DNA of 40,288 nt, from sequence record SRR20825006_1153. One strand, 5' to 3'. The notes beneath the pieces are model-generated. The model was not told the origin of the DNA, made no database searches, and was given only the letters and a program-made list of their open reading frames with translations. Position 1 is the stretch's first letter. The number at the start of each line of letters is the position of its first letter. Both the position numbers and the translations under genes were made by a program. Below, piece after piece: positions 1 through 10,100 of the stretch.

Positions 1-1
1 G

Positions 2-517
2 ACGCCGGAACCTACTCCTGCGCCGACACCAGAGCCGACGCCTGAGCCAAAAGAGCTTATCGCGGATGCCGGCGTGTATGATCCGATCCCGCTTGGTGAA
101 GACTTCACACTTGATGGCTGCGGCACGACCTTTGAAGCAGAGCTTGTCTGTCAACTCACCGACAATGCGGACTTTGACCTGGTCTGGATGCTTGGCGACC
201 AGATTATTGGTACAGGCACCAGCTTCCTCGTCCAAACCGGATCCGGGGGCCTATTCAATCAGGTTGGCAATTACGAGGTAAGCGTCAACGTTCGTTATGA
301 CGGACGCTTCATCAACGATGGAGAGACCTTCAATGTCCTCACAGGCGGAAGCATATTCCTGCCAGGAGACATGATTCTTACCAGTCTTGATACGGCGATC
401 ATTACAATCTTTACCGTTCCTGAGCCCGCAGGCTTCCTGCTGTTAACGCCAGGCCTCGTCTATATTGTGCGCCGGGAGCGCGACAAGAAAAAGGCGAAGA
501 AAAAAGCAGCCACCTAA
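2..517 (+). CDS. PEP-CTERM-sorted surface protein, C-terminal part (5' truncated by window)
   Basis: The frame of ORF 74..517 is open from base 2 (TPEPTPAPTPEPTPEPKELIADAGVYDP...). A Pro/Thr linker is followed by a beta-rich domain and then VPEP + hydrophobic stretch + basic tail (VPEPAGFLLLTPGLVYIVRRERDKKK), the exosortase signal architecture. Confidence 0.8.
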   Translation, partial: TPEPTPAPTPEPTPEPKELIADAGVYDPIPLGEDFTLDGCGTTFEAELVCQLTDNADFDLVWMLGDQIIGTGTSFLVQTGSGGLFNQVGNYEVSVNVRYDGRFINDGETFNVLTGGSIFLPGDMILTSLDTAIITIFTVPEPAGFLLLTPGLVYIVRRERDKKKAKKKAAT

Positions 518-544
518 GCTGGCTCCAACACCATCAATGTAAAT

Positions 545-580
545 AAAAACGCGGCGTACCCATGGTATGCCGCGTTTCTT
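545..580. terminator. bidirectional intrinsic terminator between convergent genes
   Basis: AAAAACGCGGCGTACC-CAT-GGTATGCCGCGTTTCTT inverted repeat flanked by A and T tracts. Confidence 0.75.
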
Positions 581-615
581 CTTCAACAGTGGTGAACTGT
601 ATCAGCTAACTATAG

Positions 616-1017
616 TTACATGCCGTACTCATCAACGCCACTTGCGAGCAGACGAGCGAGGCCCAACACTTTCTTACGAATGCGCGGGTCTGCAATACGG
701 TAATATGCTTCAACAAGCTCTTGGGTTTCCTGACGCTCGAACGCGTCAGCATCCAGCCCCTCGCCCGCAGCGTTATAGCCCGGAAGTTTTGTCTCCGCGC
801 CTTCAAAGAAGTAGGAAACTGGCACGTCCAGCGTTGTCGACATCCGGAATAACCGGCTCGAACCAATGCGGTTGGTGCCTCGCTCATATTTCTGGACTTG
901 CTGGAAGGTAACCCCCAACTCTACACCCAGCTGAGTCTGGGACAAACCCAGCATCTTACGCCGTGCGCGAACACGTTGCCCGACGTGTACATCAATCGGA
1001 TCAGGACTCTTATTCAT
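616..1017 (-). CDS. XRE/Cro-CI family HTH transcriptional regulator
   Basis: PDPIDVHVGQRVRARRKMLGLSQTQLG..GVTFQQVQKYERGTNRIGSSRL is the typical alphaproteobacterial XRE signature. ATG 1017 follows a GA-rich RBS; the ORF track starts at 1050. Confidence 0.9.
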   Translation of the reverse strand: MNKSPDPIDVHVGQRVRARRKMLGLSQTQLGVELGVTFQQVQKYERGTNRIGSSRLFRMSTTLDVPVSYFFEGAETKLPGYNAAGEGLDADAFERQETQELVEAYYRIADPRIRKKVLGLARLLASGVDEYGM

Positions 1018-1279
1018 ATAACTCTCTCTCTGGTGATTGGCTGACCCCATTATAAGGCGAGCAACATGCTATCTCTAGTATATTATCCCACCCCGCTGCC
1101 TCGTGCGTCGGCTGCGAAACCATTCTACATATATACAACCTAATAATCACTTAATATCAATCACTAGGTGATAACTAGCTGTTAAGATACAAAATTCATA
1201 CCTATCCTGCCAAGTTTCACTAAACTCGACAATGATTGCCCACAACCGGACCTTTGCACGAATCACCTCTATTCCCAGC

Positions 1280-3910
1280 CTATAGTGACTTATCTACCAG
1301 CTCACGAACGTCATCACTTTCAACCTTGTGTCGCAGTTGTTCCAACTGCTGCTTCATCATGGCCTGAAGCCCTTCCGGCAAACGGCGCCATCTTCCAAGG
1401 GGAGCCACAAGGCGCGCTGCAGTTTGTGGGTTTATCTTGTCCATCTTGTCGATCGTATCCGCCAGCAGTACGTAACCTTCACCACCCGCATCATGGAAGC
1501 GGGGCTGGTTCAGCATTGAGAATGTGGATATCAGAGACCGCAGCCGGTTCGGGTTTGTATATTTGAAGGCCGGATGGCCTATCAATTCGCGAACCTTCGC
1601 GACAGCATCTGGCTGTGTATTTTGAGCTTGCAAGGCAAACCATTTGTCGATGACCAAATCGTCGCCCTGCCACGTTTGATAGAAGGATGACAGCTGAGCT
1701 TCCCGCGAAGCAAAGTTACTGCTTGCGACAATCGCAAGGGCTGCAACCTTATCAGTCATATTCTGCGACCGAGAAAGCTGCTCAGACACAACCTCCTCCG
1801 CTTGCGGCAGATGGGCAATATAGCGTAGCAGAGCATTTTTCAGCCGCCTACCAGCCTTGCTCTCCTTCGATAGGGAATAAGGCTCCAAGGAAAGGTCTTC
1901 ATACCGCTTGGTCAGCCTATCAGCAAAGCGCTGGGCAAGCTCCGCTACAGCCCGCTCTCTTGCCGTATGTATCACTTCAGGCCTTAGGATATCAAGCCGC
2001 TGCCCCAAAGTTATCTCAGAGGGCAACGTCAACAGCTCAGCCAACAAGGCTGGGTCAGTTGAGCTATCGTCGATCAAGTCTGAGAAAGCTTCCACAATAT
2101 GGTCTGAAATGCTCTTTGGTGTTTCCACGTCTTCGATGCAGGCCTGTAAATAGTCGCCATATAGTGACTGTGATGCTTCCCACCTCGCAAAGGTATCGCT
2201 GTCAGCACGGACCAAAATCGCCAGTTCTTCGGCATCTAGATCATGCTTCAGGTTCACTGGAGCAGAAAACCCCCGCAACAAGCTCGGCACGGCTCTGTCA
2301 GGAACACCTTTAAAGCAGAAGTGCTGCACAGTTGATTTTACGTCGAGCAGACAGCCATCGTTCGTCCACTTTCCGCCTGAGACCACATCTGGCCGAACTT
2401 CCTGACCGTCTGCATCGACCCACCCCACCAACAGGGGCATCTGCATAGCTTGTTTGATCGGCTGCCCTGGTGTTGCGGCACATGACTGTTCAACCTCCAA
2501 CACAACGTCCGCGCCAACCTGAGAGCGCTTTACCCTAAGCGTCGGCGTACCCGCTTGCGAGTACCACAAGCGGAACTGTGTAAGATCAACACCGCTTGCC
2601 GCTTCCATGGCAAGAACGAAATCCTCGCATGTAACGGCTTCACCGTCATGGCGTTCAAAATAGAGATCCATGCCCCGCCGGAAAGCATCTGCGCCGATAA
2701 GGCGGTGCATCATGCGAATAACTTCCGCACCCTTGTTATAAACCGTGGTCGTGTAGAAATTGTTGATCTCAATATAGCTTTCAGGGCGCACAGGGTGTGC
2801 GAGCGGCCCGGCGTCCTCAGGGAACTGAAGCATTCTGAGGGTGCGAACATCATCAACGCGCTTCACCGCGCGTGACGTCATATCGCTTGAAAATTCCTGG
2901 TCACGAAAGACCGTCAAGCCTTCCTTCAAACTCAACTGGAACCAATCCCGGCACGTAACCCGGTTACCTGTCCAGTTGTGGAAATATTCATGCCCGATCA
3001 CACCCTCTATATGATCAAAGTCGGCGTCCGTCGCGGTCTCCGGGCTAGCAAGCACATATTTTGTGTTGAAAACATTGAGGCCCTTATTTTCCATCGCCCC
3101 CATGTTGAAATCAGACACCGCAACAATATTATATACGTCGAGGTCATATTCGAGGCCGAACACGTCTTCGTCCCACTTCATGGAACGCTTAAGCGAGCCC
3201 ATAGCATAATCGCATTTCGCGATATCATCTTCCGCGGCATAGATGTTCAGGTCTACGTGCTTACCTGACTGGGTCGTAAACTCGTCATTCAGACAAGCCA
3301 GATCGCCCGCCACCATCGCAAAAAGATAACAGGGTTTAGGATGAGGGTCGTGCCATTCAGAGAAATGACGGCCATCGCCCATATCACCGCTGTTGCCGGG
3401 GTTGCCGTTGGCAAGAAGAACAGGGAAATTGGCTTTATCAGCCTCAATTCTAACATCGTAAGTGGTTAGAACGTCGGGCCTATCCAGAAAATAGGTAATG
3501 TGCCTAAACCCTTCGGCCTCACACTGGGTGCAGAAATTTCCACCGGAATAATAGAGCCCCTCTAGGCGGGTATTTTCTTTAGGCTTCAGCTCTGTAACGA
3601 TGGTAAGCGCAAACTCGTCTGGAACATCGTGCAGCACCAGACTGGGGTCCGTCAGTGTGTATTCGTTACCAGAGAGAGCCACACCATTCACAGACACTGA
3701 TAGCAGCCTCATATGGGGGCCGCCATCCAGCGTTAATGACGCTGTCTTCCCCACCTTTTTCATCTGCGAGGTTGCTGTTACCTCGACAAGGTCTGAATGC
3801 AATTTGAATGTAAGCTGTATACCATCGACGGCAAACGCCGATGGCTTATAGTCAGCCAATTTTATTTCATGTTTTGGCGCCCCGGCCGCTGCGGATGCAT
3901 CCACGATCAT
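1280..3910 (-). CDS. pepN: aminopeptidase N (M1 zinc metallopeptidase)
   Basis: GAMEN exopeptidase motif, HEYFH...KEG zinc motif, CTQCEAEGFR, NNFYTTTVYNKGAE; 876 aa. Confidence 0.97.
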   Translation of the reverse strand: MIVDASAAAGAPKHEIKLADYKPSAFAVDGIQLTFKLHSDLVEVTATSQMKKVGKTASLTLDGGPHMRLLSVSVNGVALSGNEYTLTDPSLVLHDVPDEFALTIVTELKPKENTRLEGLYYSGGNFCTQCEAEGFRHITYFLDRPDVLTTYDVRIEADKANFPVLLANGNPGNSGDMGDGRHFSEWHDPHPKPCYLFAMVAGDLACLNDEFTTQSGKHVDLNIYAAEDDIAKCDYAMGSLKRSMKWDEDVFGLEYDLDVYNIVAVSDFNMGAMENKGLNVFNTKYVLASPETATDADFDHIEGVIGHEYFHNWTGNRVTCRDWFQLSLKEGLTVFRDQEFSSDMTSRAVKRVDDVRTLRMLQFPEDAGPLAHPVRPESYIEINNFYTTTVYNKGAEVIRMMHRLIGADAFRRGMDLYFERHDGEAVTCEDFVLAMEAASGVDLTQFRLWYSQAGTPTLRVKRSQVGADVVLEVEQSCAATPGQPIKQAMQMPLLVGWVDADGQEVRPDVVSGGKWTNDGCLLDVKSTVQHFCFKGVPDRAVPSLLRGFSAPVNLKHDLDAEELAILVRADSDTFARWEASQSLYGDYLQACIEDVETPKSISDHIVEAFSDLIDDSSTDPALLAELLTLPSEITLGQRLDILRPEVIHTARERAVAELAQRFADRLTKRYEDLSLEPYSLSKESKAGRRLKNALLRYIAHLPQAEEVVSEQLSRSQNMTDKVAALAIVASSNFASREAQLSSFYQTWQGDDLVIDKWFALQAQNTQPDAVAKVRELIGHPAFKYTNPNRLRSLISTFSMLNQPRFHDAGGEGYVLLADTIDKMDKINPQTAARLVAPLGRWRRLPEGLQAMMKQQLEQLRHKVESDDVRELVDKSL

Positions 3911-4398
3911 CCCCTCCGACGACGGGTACGGTTCGCATCTATGGCATAATCAAGCGGTAATGCCGTTGTATATTTGATCCGTTCCATGGCAAACGATGAG
4001 CTTACGTCCGTAAGCTGGACCTTCTTAATCAAGCTTTTGTAGAAGGTATCATAGGCAGCCATGTCGGGCACAACGACACGCATCAAATAGTCGATCTCAC
4101 CACTCATGCGGTAGAGCTCAACGACCTCAGGAAACTCACACACCAGCCGCGCAAATTCATCAAGCCACTCAAAGTTATGCTCATTGGTGCGGATCGCGAC
4201 GAATACGTCGAGCGGAACATTTACCTTATTGCGGTCCACGAGCGCGACGCGGCGGGTAATATAACCCTCTTGCTCAAGGATTTGGATCCGTCGCCAACAT
4301 GGTGTGGTCGAAAGTCCAACTGCCTCCGCGATCTCCGCAGTACTAAGCGTCGCATCCTTCTGCAGAAGGTTCAGTATTTTGCGATCTATTTCATCCAT
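3907..4398 (-). CDS. Lrp/AsnC family regulator (DecR/YbaO-like)
   Basis: MDEIDRKILNLLQKDATLS..EIAEAVGLSTTPCWRRIQ HTH, and a RAM domain with YRMSGEIDY...SSSFAMERIKYTTALP. Its stop overlaps the pepN start (ATGA). Confidence 0.9.
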   Translation of the reverse strand: MDEIDRKILNLLQKDATLSTAEIAEAVGLSTTPCWRRIQILEQEGYITRRVALVDRNKVNVPLDVFVAIRTNEHNFEWLDEFARLVCEFPEVVELYRMSGEIDYLMRVVVPDMAAYDTFYKSLIKKVQLTDVSSSFAMERIKYTTALPLDYAIDANRTRRRRG

Positions 4399-4516
4399 AA
4401 TTATATGCTCCTACTCGTGACACATCCCCGCGTCATCACTTTTCTGTATTAGCCATTTTTTCTAATATTTAAACTCAAAAATGACAGTCTCTGCTAATAA
4501 AGCTCTATTTTTCGCC

Positions 4517-4987
4517 TCAACTTATTCCCATTTTACCAAATTTTCGGAATATGAGATGGTCTAGCGACAACCGCCCTCCTCCCATAACAAGGATGGCGAG
4601 CCCTGCTGCCAGCCAGGACGCGTGCTCTGTAAACAGCGCCGGATACACAAATATCTGTATGACCAACGTCATGCCAACCAACCCCAATGCTCCCAGGCGC
4701 GAGAACAAGCCCAGGATGAGTAGGAGCGGCAGAAAGGTTTCGCCATAAATAGCAAGCTGCGCTGCCACTTCCGGGTCCAGCAATGGCAGGGCATATTCAT
4801 CTTCAAACAATGTAATAGCGATATCCGATGGTTCAAGGTAACCACCAGCAACCTTGGTTCGCCCGCTTGCGTAGAAAATATGTGCCAACCAACACCTCAA
4901 CCAAAGAAGGACGAAATCCTGAACCTGAAATTTGCGCTGCCAGGTATCGGTTAGCTGCCACAGGCGGGCCTTCAATGTAGTCATCAC
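4517..4987 (-). CDS. DoxX family membrane protein (BufD-like)
   Basis: Hydrophobic protein with F..SG..K, LFEDEY.LPLLDPEVAAQLA..GE..LPLLL.LGLFSR, QIFVYP..FTEH..W and GGGRLSLD motifs; last gene of the MNIO operon. Confidence 0.85.
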   Translation of the reverse strand: MMTTLKARLWQLTDTWQRKFQVQDFVLLWLRCWLAHIFYASGRTKVAGGYLEPSDIAITLFEDEYALPLLDPEVAAQLAIYGETFLPLLLILGLFSRLGALGLVGMTLVIQIFVYPALFTEHASWLAAGLAILVMGGGRLSLDHLIFRKFGKMGIS

Positions 4988-5002
4988 TATTCTTCCCTTA
5001 TG

Positions 5003-5719
5003 TCAGGACAACGATAGCAGCCCAAACTCGATCAATTGTTCAAATGTGATTTGGTCGTCCGCACCCTGCTCACCATGTGTGATGATATTTCCGAGATAAT
5101 TTTGTTGCGGCGCCGACAATCCAAAAAGCCTGACCTCACCATCCTGTAATATCGCACAGGCACATTGCCCTCCGGCGTTTGCATGCACCGCCTCAGGGGG
5201 AAGTTGGCCTGTACCCGCCATCCAAAGGTTCAAGATTGGGTAATCGCTCTCTACCAAACGCGCATTCGGTGAAAGACATAAATCTCGCCCAGTCATGCCC
5301 TCACGTAGTTGTGCCGCAGATGGCAAGTTATGCTCCCTTGCGTACTGCAGTTCATATATCGCCCACTCAAGCGCCATGATATCAGATAGATACGGCACCT
5401 TCTGCGCCGGCACGAACGCGCGAACAAAGTCAGGAACACCGCCACCGTATGTGTTTAAGGCGGCCTCCGTTGGTGGTACTTCAGCCACATACTGCGCGAG
5501 TACCGCGCGGAGAAACTTCTCTCCCACAAATGCTTCGGCTACAGCGAATATGCCTTGCAGTGAGCTAGTCAGCGTCTGTCGGTAATTGTTGCGGTGAATA
5601 TTCAGACGGTCAGCAGCCTCTATAGCTCCAACATTTAGCACCAACACTAGGTCTTCTGGCGCTTCATTTGTTAAAACTGCCTTCTTGAAGGCCCGCTGTA
5701 TTTCCAAGAGACTAAGCAC
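5003..5719 (-). CDS. DUF2063-family MNIO partner protein (BufC/HvfC-like)
   Basis: SLLEIQRAF..A, RLNIHRNNY..TL..SL..IF, VGEKF, L..YG...PDF and YLSDIMALEWA motifs; overlaps the DUF692 gene by 8 bp. Confidence 0.85.
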   Translation of the reverse strand: MLSLLEIQRAFKKAVLTNEAPEDLVLVLNVGAIEAADRLNIHRNNYRQTLTSSLQGIFAVAEAFVGEKFLRAVLAQYVAEVPPTEAALNTYGGGVPDFVRAFVPAQKVPYLSDIMALEWAIYELQYAREHNLPSAAQLREGMTGRDLCLSPNARLVESDYPILNLWMAGTGQLPPEAVHANAGGQCACAILQDGEVRLFGLSAPQQNYLGNIITHGEQGADDQITFEQLIEFGLLSLS

Positions 5720-6590
5720 TCGCTGTCACCTGCATCTGTCGCGCTGAAACCATGATTGAAGCGGCCTGATGGGCTTGGTTATAGAGCTGTTCAAAGCTCG
5801 GTATATTGGTATCCCACTCGATAAGAGTGGGTTTTGAACCAATGCGTTCTATTACCTCGCTATATAATTCCCAAACACCCCTACAGACTTCGGATCCATG
5901 GTCGTCAATACGAATTTCTCCACCCTCAAACTGCTTTACTTCATGTCCCGCCAAGTGGATTTCACCAATCAGGTCTGCGGGAATTGTCTGCAGATACCCG
6001 CGGGGGTCCCAGCCCATGTTCTTACCTGAGACATATACATTGTTGATATCCAGCAACAATCCACAGCCTGTAGTTTGTGCAAGCCTGCACAGAAACTCTG
6101 CTTCTTCGAACTCACTTTCAGAGAACGAAACATAGCTCGAAGGATTCTCTACCAGAATTTGCCGTCCCAACGCGTCTTGAAACTGGTTTATGTTGTTACT
6201 CACCACACGGAGGCATTCACTAGTGAGCGGAAGCGGCAATAGATCGTTCAGATATGTTCCACCCTGAACTGACCAGGCCAGATGCTCTGACACCAATGCC
6301 GGATTATACCGATCCACGACTTCTTTGAACCGTTGGAGATGTTTACGGGCGAGCCCCTCAGCCGACCCGAGCGAGAGGCCAACACCGTGAATCGATATGG
6401 CATAACTATCCGCAATTTCTTCCAAATAGCGGTGATGCGCACCACCATCAGACATATAGTTCTCTGCATGAATCTCGAAAAAGGAAAGTGCAGGACGGTC
6501 AGCCAAAATAGCTGAGTAATGATCGCTTTTCAGGCTTACGCCGACGAGGGGCGTTCCTTGCTTTTGCCACCATGCATCCAGCTCTTTCAT
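5712..6590 (-). CDS. DUF692 multinuclear non-heme iron oxidative enzyme (MNIO, BufB-like)
   Basis: FFEIHAENYM, HGVGLSLGS, SEHLAW, DLLPLP, ENPSSY, LLLDINNVYV, EIHLAGH, IDDHG and TLIEWD are the DUF692 iron-ligand motifs. Confidence 0.95.
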   Translation of the reverse strand: MKELDAWWQKQGTPLVGVSLKSDHYSAILADRPALSFFEIHAENYMSDGGAHHRYLEEIADSYAISIHGVGLSLGSAEGLARKHLQRFKEVVDRYNPALVSEHLAWSVQGGTYLNDLLPLPLTSECLRVVSNNINQFQDALGRQILVENPSSYVSFSESEFEEAEFLCRLAQTTGCGLLLDINNVYVSGKNMGWDPRGYLQTIPADLIGEIHLAGHEVKQFEGGEIRIDDHGSEVCRGVWELYSEVIERIGSKPTLIEWDTNIPSFEQLYNQAHQAASIMVSARQMQVTASA

Positions 6591-6674
6591 ACCTTCTCAC
6601 GCTCCAACAAAGAGAAACGCCGGAACACGAGGCCGCATAGCCACTGTACCCCGGCGCCCAATTTCGGGAAAACC

Positions 6675-6953
6675 TTAGGACTTCTTAGGTTCTTTTGTCG
6701 CGCCTGCAATACGGTCACACAGCCCCGCTGGGACATACATCCATTCTTCGGGGTGTTGATCAACCGACGCCTGACCTGCGCAGCTGTGGGCCGATGTCGC
6801 GCAATCATTCATGCCTTTTGCGACAACGCCGTAGCATTTTTCTTTTTTACCTTTTTTATCATCAGCTGATGCCGAGCCCGCAGCTGCAGTCATGGCAAAC
6901 GCCATAGCACTCGTGGTAACGATGGCTGTTCTTGCAATCTTGTTGAGTTTCAT
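6675..6953 (-). CDS. DUF2282 Cys-rich secreted RiPP precursor (bufferin BufA1-like)
   Basis: Sec signal (..AAAGSASA|DD) followed by EKCYGV..KG.NDC.T..HSCAGQ..VD.....W.YVP.G.C..I.G, with four Cys (40, 51, 58, 79); directly upstream of DUF692. Confidence 0.9.
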   Translation of the reverse strand: MKLNKIARTAIVTTSAMAFAMTAAAGSASADDKKGKKEKCYGVVAKGMNDCATSAHSCAGQASVDQHPEEWMYVPAGLCDRIAGATKEPKKS

Positions 6954-7130
6954 TTTGCACTTCCTCTGTTTGGTAATGAAGGAGGATTTTATCGCGGCCC
7001 TTCACAAGCCGCCCTTGCAAAACCATCTTTGCCCAAGCAGCTGGAAATAGAAAATAATATCCGTTTCACGAGTTAGTGAGACAAACGCGAGCTAATTACA
7101 CGTGATATACGCGATAGAAGCAAAAACCTT

Positions 7131-10100
7131 CTACCGGCCTGAGAAATCACTTCTATAGTCACGCATAAAGGACTGAAGCTTCTCAACACTTGCGATTTGG
7201 CCAGCAATTGCGCCGAGCTCCCTGCCCGAGAGTTCCTGATCATTGGTCAGCAAGTCGAACGCATTTGCAAAATCTCCAGCCCGCATTTGGGAGCCATAGC
7301 GGCGGCGCATTTCAATCAGCCCTGCTCTATCTTCCATGAAAGTGAGCGCTATCGTCAATCGGATGAGGTTCAGGCGTTCAAGCGGGTCCAGCGCCTCATT
7401 TCGCCGCCACCCATCCCCAAGGAGTTGCCGGATGGTCGCTGAAGCCTTGGACCAAGCCTTACTGGACCAATAGATATCTGCTTTTAGTTGATCCGCCTCC
7501 CGGCTACGGTCACCTTCAAGCAACACTTCGGCCTCTTCATAGCGGCTTAGCTCGATCAACGCACGCGTTTCCACATGACGTCGTGTTGCATCAATATCTT
7601 CAGGCAACCGTGGCTCACGGGTAGCACGCATGATCTCAAGGGCTTTGGTAGGTTGCCGGTTGAGGATATAGATTTTGGCAAGGTTGGCGGCAATGAGCGC
7701 ACGGCCTGCACCTTCAGTTCTGACCCGAACCTGATATTCAAGAAGCTCAGCCGCCCGGTCCAGAAGGTCAACCGAGACAAGCCGGTCTGCCAGTCGCCGG
7801 ATCATCAAGTCACCTTCTGCACCCAAAGGCGTGAGGTCGCGGAACTTATAATACAGGCTTATTGCACTGATCGGTGTCAGGACATCGGCTTTGCCTTCGA
7901 GGAACAGTTCCCTGAACATTGAAGCCGAGCGTGAGATCATTTGACGGTCACGGGCAAGCTCCGGGAAATACGACACACCTTGGCGCAGAACCTCAAGCCC
8001 CAATTCATACTGCTCGGTGTCAAAATAAAGATCAGCAAGGTCATCGAGCAACTGCGCCTCAAACCGGGCACCGCGCCAAGCGAACCGCAGACGCTCCAAC
8101 TGGTCAATGGCTTGCTCTTTGGTGATATCACCATTCGTGAGGTTTTGCGTGGTTCGAGCATATCGCGCGCGAGCGGCGATCCAACGATAAGGAACATCCG
8201 TCAGGTCATCAAACTGCGCGAGCGCAGCATCCATCTGACCTTGACGCGCCGCAATGCGGGCGCTTTGGAATACAGATTCCGCCAGTTGTTCGTCGCTCAG
8301 ATCGAGGCCATTCAACAAATCCAGTTCGCGCAAGGCAAGTTCAAGGCTATCGAGTTCCAGCGCCGCCCGCACAACAGCCAACTGTATCTCGGCACGGTCG
8401 AAGTCGTCATAGGTGCCCATGACATCCTTGCCGCGGCGATAGTGTTCAAGCGCTGCATCATACTGGCCCAGCGCCTCAGCGACCAGGACACGCCACAACT
8501 CAGCATCCTGCTCTGCCTCAAGTCCCTTATTGGAAAGATCAACACTGGCTGCTTCAAGCCTACCTTGTTTGAAGTTGGCAACACCGCGCACCGCCAGATA
8601 TTCACTATTCTGCGCCAGAAGCGGGTCTTCATCGAGCATGCGATCAAGCACTCCGATCGCCTCGGCCGCCCGGCCATGAGCGATGTAGAAGCGCGCCAGC
8701 TTCCATCGCGCAGCATTACGATCGGACAGAGGTTGCAACGAGAGTTCGTACAGCAAACGTGATTTGTTCTTCCTGTACTCCCACGGCTCCCCGATGCGCC
8801 ACGCATCGAAATCAATAAGCCGGGAGAACTGCTCGTCCCTCGCTGCTTGCGACAGACCTGTATCGCGGGAAAGTTTGGTTGCTGACAAAATGTTGTTACC
8901 CGCCGATCGGATAGCGATACCATCACGAAAGCGCTCAACGTCAACGAAGTCAGATTTTGGCATCACGACGACGCCTTGCGCTGTCTCCAGCAGCTGTGAT
9001 GACGCATAGCTGAATTCCTGGGCCATGCCCCGCCCTTCCCCAAGCATCGGAAGTACGACGAGAAAATCACCAACAGCCGGGTCTTCAACATCGATTTTAC
9101 GGCCAATATCGGTTGCGGGTACAAATATCTGTTGCCCCTGCACGCCTTCTGCCTGTCGGGTCGGCTCAAGAGGGAACCTTGGTTTGGTTGGCGTGTCCTT
9201 GAGGCTAATCAGCCAATCATTCACATCACGCTCAACAACAAAGGACTGACCATTTTTGACGCCAAGGCGCATAACCAAGGCATCGCTGTTATCCTGCAGT
9301 TCAACAGCCCGGATACGATCCTTGATAATACTTTGCCCCATCCGCAGTCCGCCGGGGTCAAATTTATAGGGCTGGTCAAACACGATCCATAGGTAGCCAC
9401 CACGCTCGAAAGCCGCCGCTCCTACCTCTTCCGGCCAGCCAAAGCGCAGCTGTATACCGGTATCAACCTCAGACACCGAAACCGACACGACCTTATCATC
9501 CGGTGAAAACGCTGTTACCCCTTGGATATCAATACCTGAGAAAACCTTTGGTTGGACGACCGGCTCGTCGGGGTCAGCTGTCACCGGAGAGGCGGGTGCA
9601 TCGTCAGTCGATACTTCCTCAATCGGTTCGACTTCTGCGTCTTGACTAGCTTCATCCGACGGAGTGTCGCTTTCCTGAAGCGGTTCAGTCGTTGCCTCTT
9701 CATCGGCATTTTCTGCGGATGGTGCCATGTTCTCTGCGGATTGTGTCCGGGCAGCCCCTGTCGAATAGATATCGATTACGAGATACTGACCAGACCAGAA
9801 ATCACGAGGGCCAGCGTCCGCAGGCACATCAAGAGTGACAATAGTATTTCCGCCCTGCTTGCTAACGCGAGGGTTTGTAGCTTGCTGGAGCGGCGAAGCA
9901 AGTATAGCGGAGAAATCAAGCTCAACATCAGCCTCGAAACGGACCGTCAACTCAGAGCCCTGCTTATTGACGCTATAGCCAATAGTTCGCGGTAGCGGAA
10001 ATACCAGACGTGCCGCATTTGATTGCTGCGCACCCTGGACCACCACTTGTGATGCGGTAGACTGCGCGAACACTGCTGGCGCCGTCACAATAGTGAACGA

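Noticed and set aside
1-50. Short tandem repeats as a CRISPR or VNTR element
   Set aside because: They are degenerate codon repeats encoding a TPEP/TPAP linker within a CDS.
4517-6953. MNIO operon as a wholly new RiPP class
   Set aside because: The precursor motif and gene set match the described DUF2282/bufferin family. Kept as a moderate-interest finding only.
7941-8762. Long antisense or alternate-frame ORFs (e.g. 1687..2313, 7941..8762, 21072..21674, 25065..25748, 28590..29276, 33222..33884, 38226..38903)
   Set aside because: They lie wholly or almost wholly over well-supported genes, have no recognisable motifs, and are expected shadows of codon bias.
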